64,000 bases of DNA from an uncultured Chloroflexia bacterium (GTDB lineage: Bacteria > Chloroflexota > Anaerolineae > B4-G1 > SLSP01), in contig CAVVUS010000048.1 in NCBI GenBank assembly GCA_963751345.1, forward strand, positions 1 to 64,000. Direction: 5' to 3'. The notes beneath the pieces are model-generated. The model saw only the letters and a list, made by a program, of their open reading frames with translations, did not search any database and was not told where the DNA came from. How positions within the stretch are numbered: the stretch's first letter is position 1; every line of letters starts with the position of its first letter. Made by a program: the position numbers and the translations under genes. Below are positions 32,751 through 41,657 of this stretch, one piece after another.

Positions 32751-33019
32751 GATCGATAGATACTTGGCGGCTTGGTCGCCGGACTGTTGCGGTTGTGTCG
32801 CAGAGGCGGGGAGGGCTTCACCGCGAGTAGCACATTAGTGCTACTATGGGTAGGGGACCTCGAGCCATCAAGGGACAGGGATACTCAAACGCTACCCAAC
32901 GACGCAACCTAGAGGCGCACAGAAAGCCAAATGCAGATGAATGGGACGAAAACCAATCGAAAATCGCCATCGGGCTAAGGGGAGGCTCCGGAAGCCAGAA
33001 GAGGGCTCCAGGGCTCTTA

Positions 33020-33047
33020 ACTATACATAATATATATAGTCGGAAGA
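33020..33047 (-). other. dif: Probable dif (XerC/XerD chromosome dimer resolution) site
   Basis: Minus strand TCTTCCGACTA-TATATA-TTATGTATAGT: 11-6-11 layout with TTATGT XerD arm; AT-rich, in a gene-free gap. Confidence 0.8.
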
Positions 33048-33410
33048 TGACTCTGATGCTCCCGACGGTCTCTTGCGGAACCACCGGGGAACTTGGCGGA
33101 AACTGCTGCATCCGCCGCCAGCTGAAGTCCTTGAGCCAGCCGTGCGGCTTGCCGATGCGCTCTTACGACTGGCACGCTCAAAGGTGTTCGGTGGTGTTCG
33201 GTGCAGAGCTCCGTTCGGGTTGGTGCGTGAACTCTACGTCAGTCTGTACGAGCAGAGTCTTCCCCTTCGTCGGCGCTGCCGTGCAGCCGCCTCGCCCTTT
33301 TCCTTGCCCCGTCAGGCAGATTCCGGCTTTGGCGCGAAGATCTCCGTGATCGCTGACGCGCGCGGGCTGTCGTGACGCAGATCCCTCCTTGTGCCCAGGA
33401 CTACGAGTTG

Positions 33411-33442
33411 CCGATATAGAACGAACGTTCGTTCTATATCGG
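33411..33442. promoter_or_regulatory. Perfect 32-bp palindrome with two overlapping GAAC-N4-GTTC (LexA-type) boxes
   Basis: CCGATATAGAACGAAC|GTTCGTTCTATATCGG. Confidence 0.6.
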
Positions 33443-33638
33443 GTGCCTCCTCTTCTGGGTGGCCCGAGGTCGGCAACTGCTGAGTGTTCGAACGTGAATG
33501 CCGCCTTGTACCAGGCCCCCTTTGTGATAACATAGAGGACTGTCACACTATTCGACAACTTCGCCGAGTCGGGTGTGCTGGACAGCCTTCAGCCCCCTAC
33601 CCTAGTTTGGCACGACACCATTGTTCGAGGAGATACTG

Positions 33639-34988
33639 ATGAAAAAGGCTTTGCTTATCGTTGGAGCGCTCGTAATCCTCGGAGCGTTGCTGACGGGCGC
33701 CTTTGCCGGCGGCCTGGTGGTTGGACGGATGACAGGGCGCGCGGCTGCGCCGCCCGCCACGGTGCCTGTGACCAGCTCACTGGATGACGGTGCAGTTCAG
33801 GTGCCGGTGGGAACGCCCGCACCTGCGGAGGAGTCCACACCTGTGGATGAGGTCACAGCGACACCAGAGACGCTGACTTCGACCCCAGGCATCACGGAGA
33901 CCGCAGGGGCGCCGGTGGACACCTTCGACTATGACCTACTGCGCACCGTGCTGCAGCTTCTCGATGAGCAGTTCTACGGGGACATCCCCAACGGCGAGCA
34001 ACTGGCCTATGGCGCGATTCACGGGATGCTGTTGACGCTCGACGATCCCTACACCTCGTTCATCGAGCCTGACGCGGCGGCGATCATCAACGAGGATTCC
34101 AGTGGGCAGTTCCAGGGCATTGGTGCGTTGGTGACGATGCGGGATGACGGTTATCTCGAGATCGCGAGCGTAATGCGGGGGCAGCCCGCCGAGGCCGCCG
34201 GCGTCAAGGCCGGTGACATCATCGTGGCGGTCGGTGACAAGTCGCTGGTGGGACTTGGCCTCGATGAGGCAATCAGCTACATCCGCGGGCCAGCCGGGAC
34301 GGTCGCCGACCTGGAGATCATCCGCTCGGGCGAGCCGGACTCGCTCTTCATCAGCGTCACGCGAGCCAAGATCGAGACGCCGATCGTTGAGTCGCGGATG
34401 CTTGACAACGATATCGCCTACATCCGTCTGGCGGAGTTCGATGCCAGCGCGCAGGATCGCGTCCAGGCTGCGTTGGAGGACCTGCTGGCCCAGAATCCCA
34501 AGGCGCTCGTCTTCGACCTCCGGGACGACCCAGGCGGCTGGCTCAGCCAGGCGATTGGCGTAGCCGATCTCTTCCTGGATCAGGGGCTCGTGGCGATCGA
34601 GCGTGATAGCCAGGGCAACGAGCAGCGATTTACGTCGCAGACCGGCGACATCGGGGAGCAGATCCCGATGGTGGTGCTCGTCAATGGCGGCAGCGCCAGC
34701 GCTTCTGAGATCGTGGCGGGCGCGCTGCAGGACCGCGGTCGTGCGGTGCTGATCGGCACCAAGACCCTCGGCAAGGGCTCGGTCCAACTTCCCAATAATC
34801 TGGAGGATGGCTCCCAGCTCCGTATCACCATCGCGCGCTGGTATACACCCAACGAGCAGGAGCTGCACGGCAATGGTCTGATGCCGGACGTTGAAGCGAC
34901 CATCCCCGACGATACTCCTGCCGGTGAGGATCCCCAACTCCAGCAGGCCATAGACTACATCGTGACCAACAACTATGAGATCAAGTGA
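33639..34988 (+). CDS. S41 family C-terminal processing peptidase (PDZ + S41)
   Basis: N-terminal TM; LDDPYT, FQGIGA, DLRDDPGG, SASASEIVAGALQD, GKGSVQ; RBS GAGGAG. Confidence 0.93.
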   Translation: MKKALLIVGALVILGALLTGAFAGGLVVGRMTGRAAAPPATVPVTSSLDDGAVQVPVGTPAPAEESTPVDEVTATPETLTSTPGITETAGAPVDTFDYDLLRTVLQLLDEQFYGDIPNGEQLAYGAIHGMLLTLDDPYTSFIEPDAAAIINEDSSGQFQGIGALVTMRDDGYLEIASVMRGQPAEAAGVKAGDIIVAVGDKSLVGLGLDEAISYIRGPAGTVADLEIIRSGEPDSLFISVTRAKIETPIVESRMLDNDIAYIRLAEFDASAQDRVQAALEDLLAQNPKALVFDLRDDPGGWLSQAIGVADLFLDQGLVAIERDSQGNEQRFTSQTGDIGEQIPMVVLVNGGSASASEIVAGALQDRGRAVLIGTKTLGKGSVQLPNNLEDGSQLRITIARWYTPNEQELHGNGLMPDVEATIPDDTPAGEDPQLQQAIDYIVTNNYEIK

Positions 34989-35451
34989 GATTAAGGTCGT
35001 AGCCACCAACCGCAAGGCTCGTTACGAGTACGCCATCGAGGACAGATACGAGGCCGGTATCGCGCTGACCGGATCGGAGATCAAGTCGATACGCGCCGGT
35101 GCCGTGAGTCTCGGCGAGGGATACGTGCAGGTGCGCGATGGCGAGCTATGGCTCGTTGACGTGCACGTCGCCCCGTACGAGCAGGCTGGCAGCTTGGCGG
35201 CGCACGATACCCGGCGCCCGCGGAAGCTGCTGTTGCACCGGCGCGAGATCGATCGCCTGATCCGCGATGCCCGTGATCCCGGGTACACGATCGTGCCCCT
35301 CCGGATGTACATGAAGGGGCCGCACGCTAAGGTGGAGATCGGGCTCGCCAAGGGCAAGCGCCAGTAGGACAAGCGCCAGGTCATCGCTGATCGGGACGCC
35401 GAGCGCCGCATCCGGCGGGAAGCCAAGGAATATGGGAACGATCGCGAGTGA
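34975..35451 (+). CDS. smpB: SsrA-binding protein SmpB (in-frame TAG at 35365-35367)
   Basis: ATNRKARYEY, EAGIALTGSEIKSIR, RKLLLHRREI, GKRQ*DKR..ERRIRR; frame continues to TGA 35449-35451. Confidence 0.93.
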
Positions 35452-35474
35452 TGAGAACGCTTGATTTGCGCCGG

Positions 35475-35502
35475 TTGACAACGCCTGTGCCTACGCTATA
35501 AT
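35475..35502 (+). promoter_or_regulatory. Sigma70-type promoter of the S1-domain gene
   Basis: TTGACA-N16-TATAAT, exact consensus hexamers. Confidence 0.8.
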
Positions 35503-35555
35503 ATGCAGTCGTTGTGACTAGCAGCGATTTACATGTCTAAGGAGTTAGTGAGCGA

Positions 35556-36275
35556 ATGCCGGAAGAGACGACGCAACAACCCACATCAATAGAAGGGCTT
35601 CAGCCGAAGATGCAGTTGCAGGGAACGGTCACCCGCACCGAGCTCTACGGCGCTTTCGTGGATGTGGGCGTGGATTACGACGGACTTATTCATATCTCCC
35701 GCCTTGCCACGGGCCGAGTCCGCAAAGTGACCGACGTGGTCAACGTCGGTGACAAGGTCTCCGTCTGGGTACAGAGCATCGACCCTGATCGTGGCCGTAT
35801 TGCCCTGACGATGGTGGAGCCACCGGACCTGGAGTGGCACGAGATCGAGGTCGGCCAGGTCTACGAGGGTCAGGTCGTGCGCGTCGAGCGCTACGGCGTC
35901 TTCGTCGATATTGGTGCCGAGCGCCCCGGCTTGCTCCACGTCCGCGAGATGGGTTCCTACGTGCGCAGGCCTGAGGAGGTCGCCCGGATGGGTGACACGA
36001 TTCGTGTCGATATCCGTGCTGTGGACCCCCGCAAGCGCCAGATCGACCTGGCCCTGCACAACGAGGAAACCAGCTACGAGGCCGTTGAGGAGCCCGAGGA
36101 AGAGCAGGGCCTCTCGCCGATGGAGATCGCCTTCTTGCAGGCCCAAGCGCAGGCTGAGGCCGAACGCAGCACCCGCCGCTTCAAGGGTGAGCGAGGTGAT
36201 CGAGGTGGGCGGAGGGGTCGTGGTGGGCGCGACGATATGGAGGATATCTATCGTCGTACCCTCGAGGACAGCTAG
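35556..36275 (+). CDS. S1 RNA-binding domain protein (two S1 domains)
   Basis: YGAFVDVG..GLIHIS and YGVFVDIG..GLLHVRE; RBS AAGGAG. Confidence 0.9.
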   Translation: MPEETTQQPTSIEGLQPKMQLQGTVTRTELYGAFVDVGVDYDGLIHISRLATGRVRKVTDVVNVGDKVSVWVQSIDPDRGRIALTMVEPPDLEWHEIEVGQVYEGQVVRVERYGVFVDIGAERPGLLHVREMGSYVRRPEEVARMGDTIRVDIRAVDPRKRQIDLALHNEETSYEAVEEPEEEQGLSPMEIAFLQAQAQAEAERSTRRFKGERGDRGGRRGRGGRDDMEDIYRRTLEDS

Positions 36276-36289
36276 GTCTCGGTCCGTCG

Positions 36290-36311
36290 GGGCGGCCCCG
36301 AAAGGCCGCCC
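36290..36311. terminator. GC-rich hairpin after the S1-domain gene
   Basis: GGGCGGCC-CCGAAA-GGCCGCCC, 14 nt after the stop; no U tract. Confidence 0.55.
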
Positions 36312-36446
36312 TATCGCCCTCTGAGTTTCCCCAGACCGTTCCCCCTGGCCGGTTTGGCGATGTTTGCTTTGCGCAGGGACAGGACCCGCTCGCCGCGCAG
36401 GAGCTAGCGCAGCTTGCCGGAGCCCGGTCGCGGTCCCTCTACCCCC

Positions 36447-37220
36447 CTACCCTCCGGACTGGGCTATGGCCTCGTCAATGACCTGGCGGATGCGGTCCGG
36501 CACGTCGCCCGCGATCTCGTGCCCGTTGATGAAGAACGTCGGGGTCGAGTTAACGCCCTGGTAATCGGTGAAGACGATCTCCTGAATCGCGGCATTGTAC
36601 CGCCCATCGGCCTGGCACTGTGTGAAGGCGGTCTGATCTATGCCGGCCAGCCGGGCCGCCCGGCTCGTGTCGTATTCGCCCACCTCGACCAACTGGAAGA
36701 GCGCGTGTCTGTACTCAAAGTACCGGCCTTGCTCGGCTGCGCACATCTCTGCCAGAACGGCGCCCTGTTGTACGGTGTTGGCGAAGCCGAAGTAATGATC
36801 CACATAGCGGACCTTGCCGGTTGCCACGTAGTCTTTGAGGATGCCCTCAAGGCTGTTCAGGTGGAAGTCGCGGCAGTGGCTGCAAAAGATGTCGCTGTAC
36901 TCCACGACCGTGACGGGCGCGTCAGCGCTGCCCAACGCCGGTAGCCACTGGTGCCCGGCCCCTAGCCCGGCCGGGTCCGGGTAGGCGTACTGTGTGGGGC
37001 CGTTGTCGTACGAGAGGCCGGTCACTCCTGCCAACCACTCCTCGGCGCGCGGGCCCTTGCCTGGCGACTGTGGGCTCAGTAAGTTGCGCCCGATGACAAT
37101 TGCCGCGATCACAACCACCACGCCGCCGACTGCCCACGGTAGCCATCTCGATGTCTGTTGCTGGCGCCTTCGCCGCCGGTATTGGGGCGCCCGACCAACG
37201 CCCTTGGTGCTCTTTGCCAT
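36447..37220 (-). CDS. Membrane-anchored DsbA-family thioredoxin
   Basis: TM anchor; LGSADAPVTVVEYSDIFCSHC; GVNSTPTFFING (cis-Pro loop). Confidence 0.9.
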   Translation of the reverse strand: MAKSTKGVGRAPQYRRRRRQQQTSRWLPWAVGGVVVVIAAIVIGRNLLSPQSPGKGPRAEEWLAGVTGLSYDNGPTQYAYPDPAGLGAGHQWLPALGSADAPVTVVEYSDIFCSHCRDFHLNSLEGILKDYVATGKVRYVDHYFGFANTVQQGAVLAEMCAAEQGRYFEYRHALFQLVEVGEYDTSRAARLAGIDQTAFTQCQADGRYNAAIQEIVFTDYQGVNSTPTFFINGHEIAGDVPDRIRQVIDEAIAQSGG

Positions 37221-37225
37221 GGGTC

Positions 37226-39658
37226 TTATCTCCTCACAACGATAGGTTTACACAGAACAACAGCGTCCGCTCGCTGCCCGCATCCGGCGCTCAGCACCGG
37301 CAGCCGCGCGTCGCCTTCTGATAGAGTATACAATCCAACCGACAACATGTACGTGCCATCGGGAAGATCCGGCGGCAATTGCAGCCGGTGCTTGTCGCTG
37401 ACGTACCGGTCGGTCGGCCAGAGGTCCGTTGGGAATCCTCCGGGATTCAGGTGATCCGACTGGCTCCAGATGGTGTCCTCGGGGCTCACCAGGTGGACGA
37501 AGGATTGGTAGGTGGCTGTGATCGGCCGCTGGGCTTCCCAGTAGAGCGTGACGTCCAGGGGCGAGCCAGGCCGAACAGTCTCCGCCGACAGATCGAATCC
37601 CAGGAGCGCTACCTGCCCGCTGAGGTCTGCGCTCTGCCGGTAGTCGGCGCTACGCGCCTCTCCTATCGGTGACGTGGGATGCAGCCAGGCCGCGCGGTCA
37701 AGCCACGTTACCTTGACGGCGACTGTCAGGGCGCAGATGGCCACCACCCCGAGGGCGACGCTTCTCCGCGCATACGTCTGTTGGTCCGAGACCTTTGGGG
37801 TTTCCTTCTCAAGCACGTGCGTGGTCGACGAAGAAACCCCAAAGGTCTTCGCCGATCGCTGCCATGTCGTCACACCCATCGCTATCAGGGCTAGACAACC
37901 GAGCCCCGACACGACCCAGCCAACCGTCCGCGCGGGCGTTGTGCCGAACCGCACGACCACCTCGTGACTGCCCGACGGCACCGGAATGGTGATGAACCCC
38001 TCGGGCTGTGCAACCGTGATCTGCACCTGCGTTCCATCTACGTAGGCGCGCCAACCGGGGAACTGAAAGAGGAAGAGCCGTAGCGTGAAGCTCTCCGCCG
38101 AGGACACGGCAAATCGGTTGATCCACGGCTTGTCCGGCACGACGGTCACGTTGGTGAACGGTGGGAGCGTTGCCCGATTCACCCGATCGATGGGAGGATC
38201 TGCATAGGATGCCACGAGCGTCGGCTGGGGGCCGGGAATCATCGTCACGGTCGTGGGCACGAAGTCATTGGTCGACGTCGTCCCGCGCCACCTGCCCTCC
38301 AACTCGGCGGCGATGAGGGTCTCGGGCGTGATCCGACCAAAGCCGGAGCTCCAAGGCAGCGGGTAGAGTCCTGTGAGCCCCCCGGCGATGAGCACGAGCG
38401 CTCCCAAGGGAGTCAGTAATACGGCTGATCCTGTACGCTGTGGAGCCTTGTCGCTTGGCCAGAGCGCTACTATGGGGTTGTAGAGGCCGACGGTTCAAAT
38501 CCGTCCTCCCCGACTCGGTACCCGGAAGGCCGTCCGCGAGCGCAGCGATCAAGGGGACGAGCATCGCCGCGCTCGGTCCCAAAAACCGCCACGGGAACTG
38601 ATAGTAGGCCAGACCGGGGAGATGCTCCCAGGCCACTAGGCTGCTGCGTGTCGTCAGCCAGAGTAGGATACCCCCCGCTGCGGCGTAGAAGCCCAAGCCC
38701 CGCCGCCAGGTGGTCAGGGCCGCGAATATGAGGCCTGCCGCCGCGAGGATCAGGATCTGGGGGCCTGCGGTCATAGGGACGTTCGCTGCGGTCGCGCGCC
38801 GGTCAATCGGCGTCACCCAGGCCAGAAGATCGCGCAGCGCGACGAAGTGATTGCGGAAGTCGTAGTGTCCGTCTCCGGCAACATTGAGTTGCACTGCCGA
38901 GCGCTCCAATAGAAAAGGGAGCCAGAAGAACGCCGTGATGAGCACGAAAGTAGCGCCGGCAGCGAGGGCCAGCGCCAGATGCGGGTGCCGTCGGAATCTC
39001 CAATGCCACAGCGAGAGCCCCGCGACCAGCGCCAGGCAGGTAAGCCCCGTCAGGTTGTGGCTCAGAAAGACCGCGGATGTCGACATCACCGCAGCAACCC
39101 CGTTGCCCGCGGTGCCCCTCCTCCAGACCTGCTCCCAGCTCCACAGTGCCCACGGCAGGCACGCCAGTGCAAAGGTCTCGGCCAGATCGCCCCTGACGTA
39201 GGGGTTGATGAGCTGGATATATGGGGCAAACGCATAGGCTAGCGCACCCAACAGCCCCCCACCCTCGCCGCCAAAGAGGCGGCCGAGCATGAAGGCTCCG
39301 ACCGCGCCGATGACGTGCGCGAGGATAAAGCACGCCTTGGCGCCGATCGGCTGCAAGCTCCGGCTGGCCAAGCGTCAGCAGGTGTCCGAGGTAATAGGTC
39401 AGTGGGGCATAGTAGTTGAAGATCGGGTAGCCGAGACCGTAGTAGAAGTCCGGAGCCCAACGAGGGTACAGGTTCCCCGCGGCCAGGCTGAATCCCAACT
39501 CAGCAGTGCGATAGACGTGGAGCTCGGCATCGGTGCCCTTGGGCAGTCCTCCATTCTGAAAGCACGCCCAGGCCGACATCAGCCCTATTCCCAGCGGCAG
39601 CCACCAGCAGCAAGGCAAGCGGAAGCCGGCAGGCGCTTCGCATAGCCAGTTTATTCAT
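37226..39658 (-). CDS. PTPS-related / YfhO-like GT-C membrane protein (frameshifts)
   Basis: DAELH, YPRWAPD..GYPIFNYYAPL, RGDLAE, QFPWRFLG, FPGWRAYVDG; C-terminal VTLYW..FVHL..YMLSVGLY domain. Confidence 0.82.
37789..37848. repeat. 60-bp palindromic element, copy 2 (in frame within a CDS)
   Basis: Perfect 16-bp terminal inverted repeats AGACCTTTGGGGTTTC / GAAACCCCAAAGGTCT; same length as copy 1. Confidence 0.88.
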
Positions 39659-39711
39659 TTCGGAACACAAATCAGATGGGCGTGGGGTGATGGGTGTATG
39701 ACTACGCGAAC

Positions 39712-40384
39712 TCAATGACGCGGACGGGGCTCAAAGCGAAAGCCGTGCCCGCGGACCGTGACGACATAGTTGTGGTCAGCGTCCAGTTCAGCCAGTCGTT
39801 CCCGCAGCCGGTAGATCAGAGCATCGAGTGCCTGATCCGTCACTCCCCCGGTAGCGTCGGGCCATACGGCCTGGATGACGCGCTCGCGAGTCACGACTGC
39901 GCCGGAGGCATCAATCATGAGTGCAAGTAGGATGAACTGGGCGGGCGACAGCGGTGGATCGAGGATCTCGCGACCAAGGCTGAGCTGACGCGTGGCCTGG
40001 TTCAGCTCGAGATAGTCGTGGAACTCGGGCTGGTTCTACAGCATCGGTAAGCGGCATCGTGGCGTCGCCCGCCACAAAGCCGATCTGGAGCGCTCCGGCT
40101 AACGAGATCTCATCACCGTCCCGCAGGCGGTACGGCATGCCGCGGACAGCCTCGCCATTCACGGCTGTGCCATTCCGGCTCCCGAGGTCCCGGACGACAT
40201 AGCCGTTGGCGTCCCGCTCGACTCTGGCGTGATACCTGGAGACTTGGCGCTCGGGTAGCACGATGTCGCAGTCCTTTGCCCGGCCAAGCGTCACGGAGTC
40301 TGACACGAGGGGCCAGCGGCTCCCTGCCAAGGCCCCTTTGTAGATGACGAGAATCGGGTTGTTGTTCTGGCTCGGTTCATGCAT
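39712..40384 (-). CDS. FHA domain + OmpR-type winged-helix transcriptional regulator (frameshifts)
   Basis: LGR..VSRYHA..DLGSRNGT FHA; VTRERVIQAVW..ALIYRLRERL..TVRGHGFRF winged helix. Confidence 0.85.
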
Positions 40385-40462
40385 GACGGGCAACACCTCC
40401 TCTATCACGCGACCACTGCGAGAGTTCGTACACCTCTCCGCAGAGCTTCGCGCGGTCCATTC

Positions 40463-40491
40463 TTGACATTATACCAGCCCCGCGATATCAT
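40463..40491. promoter_or_regulatory. Overlapping divergent promoters
   Basis: Plus: TTGACA-N17-TATCAT ending 8 nt before ATG 40500; minus: TGGTATAAT at 40476-40468. Confidence 0.65.
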
Positions 40492-40499
40492 CAAAACCC

Positions 40500-41480
40500 A
40501 TGGCAAAGCTGCTCGAGTCCCAAGTGCTGCTCAAGAACCGCTACATGATCGCCGGCCCGATCGGCCAAGGCGGGATGGGCGCAGTCTACCGGGCCGAGGA
40601 TACGCTCCTCGCAGGGCGTATCTGTGCCGTCAAGGAAATCGCGCCCGAGGCCGACGCCAGCGAGGAGTCCCTGAGTCAGATCCAGGAGCAGTTCAGGCAG
40701 GAGGCGTCCGTCCTGGCGCGCCTCGATCACCCCAACCTGCCCAAAGTCTCGGACTACTTCACACAGGATGGTCGCGAGTATCTGGTGATGGATTACATCC
40801 CGGGGCACAACCTACGCGAATTGGTGGATCAGGCGCTATCGGAGCACCACTTCCTGGAGGAGTCCCGTGTGCTCGATTGGGCCGGGCAGCTCTGCAGTGC
40901 ACTGAGCTTCTTGCACAGCCAGGACCCGCCCGTGCTCCATAGGGACATCAAACCCAGCAACATCAAAGTGACCCCTTCGGGTCTGCTGAAACTCGTGGAC
41001 TTCGGTCTCGTCAAACTGCTCACGAGCGACGAGGCCCGCACCGTGACGGTCGTGCAGGGCCAGGGCACCGCGGCCTACACACCTCTCGAACAATACGGCG
41101 GGGATGACTCGCACACAGACGTCCGGACCGACGTCTATGCGCTGGGGGCCACGCTCTACCACCTTCTCACCGGGCGGACACCGGCGACGGCCAGGGAGCG
41201 CTTTCTGCGCCCGGGCGCGCTGATTCCACCGCGCGAGATCAACCCTCACGTTTCCCCGGGCGTGGAAAGGGCCATCCTCCATGCGCTCGCGCTCCACCCC
41301 GACAATCGTCCCGAGAGCGTCGCACAGTTTGCCGCAGCCCTGCAGGGAGCGCAGCTTCCCTCGTCGCTGGCCCCCTTGATTCTGACCGGAGACGAGTGGC
41401 GCGCCACGTTGCGGAGGAATCTGCCACTCCTGGTTGCCGCTGGTATCCTGATCGCCGCTGCGGTCCTGATTACTCCCTGA
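40500..41480 (+). CDS. Ser/Thr protein kinase with C-terminal TM anchor
   Basis: GQGGMGAVY, AVKE, HRDIKPSN, DFGL, GTAAYTPLEQ; hydrophobic tail. Confidence 0.94.
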   Translation: MAKLLESQVLLKNRYMIAGPIGQGGMGAVYRAEDTLLAGRICAVKEIAPEADASEESLSQIQEQFRQEASVLARLDHPNLPKVSDYFTQDGREYLVMDYIPGHNLRELVDQALSEHHFLEESRVLDWAGQLCSALSFLHSQDPPVLHRDIKPSNIKVTPSGLLKLVDFGLVKLLTSDEARTVTVVQGQGTAAYTPLEQYGGDDSHTDVRTDVYALGATLYHLLTGRTPATARERFLRPGALIPPREINPHVSPGVERAILHALALHPDNRPESVAQFAAALQGAQLPSSLAPLILTGDEWRATLRRNLPLLVAAGILIAAAVLITP

Positions 41481-41517
41481 CCGCGGCAGCACCATCGGCG
41501 GGAGATTCTACGCGGGA

Positions 41518-41571
41518 CTGCGAGACCTCTCCTCGCTGCGAGGCCTCCGCTCGCTGCGAGACCTCTGCTCG
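41518..41571. repeat. Three tandem 18-bp repeats
   Basis: CTGCGAGACCTCTCCTCG / CTGCGAGGCCTCCGCTCG / CTGCGAGACCTCTGCTCG. Confidence 0.85.
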
Positions 41572-41657
41572 CGCAGGTTGAGCGCGGCTTCCCACCTGGG
41601 CCGGCACACCGTCGCCGCCCCGCCCGCCTGTGGGTGCGCTGTCCAGATCCAGGCCCT

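Noticed and set aside
32826-32845. CIRCE (HrcA) element
   Set aside because: Shares TAGCAC/GTGCTA but the spacing does not fit TTAGCACTC-N9-GAGTGCTAA and no chaperone gene follows
32915-33000. c-di-GMP-I riboswitch resemblance (GGGACG..CTAAGG)
   Set aside because: I could not build the P1/P2 stems or a GNRA loop, and there is no downstream gene
33183-33202. GGTGTTCGGT direct repeat as an alphaproteobacterial LexA box
   Set aside because: Spacing is GTTC-N6-GTTC rather than N7, and the lineage does not fit
32846-33558. ORFs 32846-33349, 33073-33375 and 33178-33558 as genes
   Set aside because: No recognisable motifs, atypical composition, and they run over the dif-like site, the palindrome or each other
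8913-35015. Long antisense ORFs such as 8913-10007, 21029-22096 and 33936-35015
   Set aside because: Shadow frames of real genes, expected at high GC; no motifs
35365-35367. Pyrrolysine or genetic-code reassignment at the smpB TAG
   Set aside because: TAG ends many genes here normally, the expected residue is Tyr/His, and no pyl genes are visible
35452-35555. tmRNA (ssrA) next to smpB
   Set aside because: Gap is only about 100 bp and holds a promoter and RBS; no tRNA-like ends
35556-36275. Naming the gene rpsA
   Set aside because: Only two S1 domains; ribosomal S1 normally has more, so left unnamed
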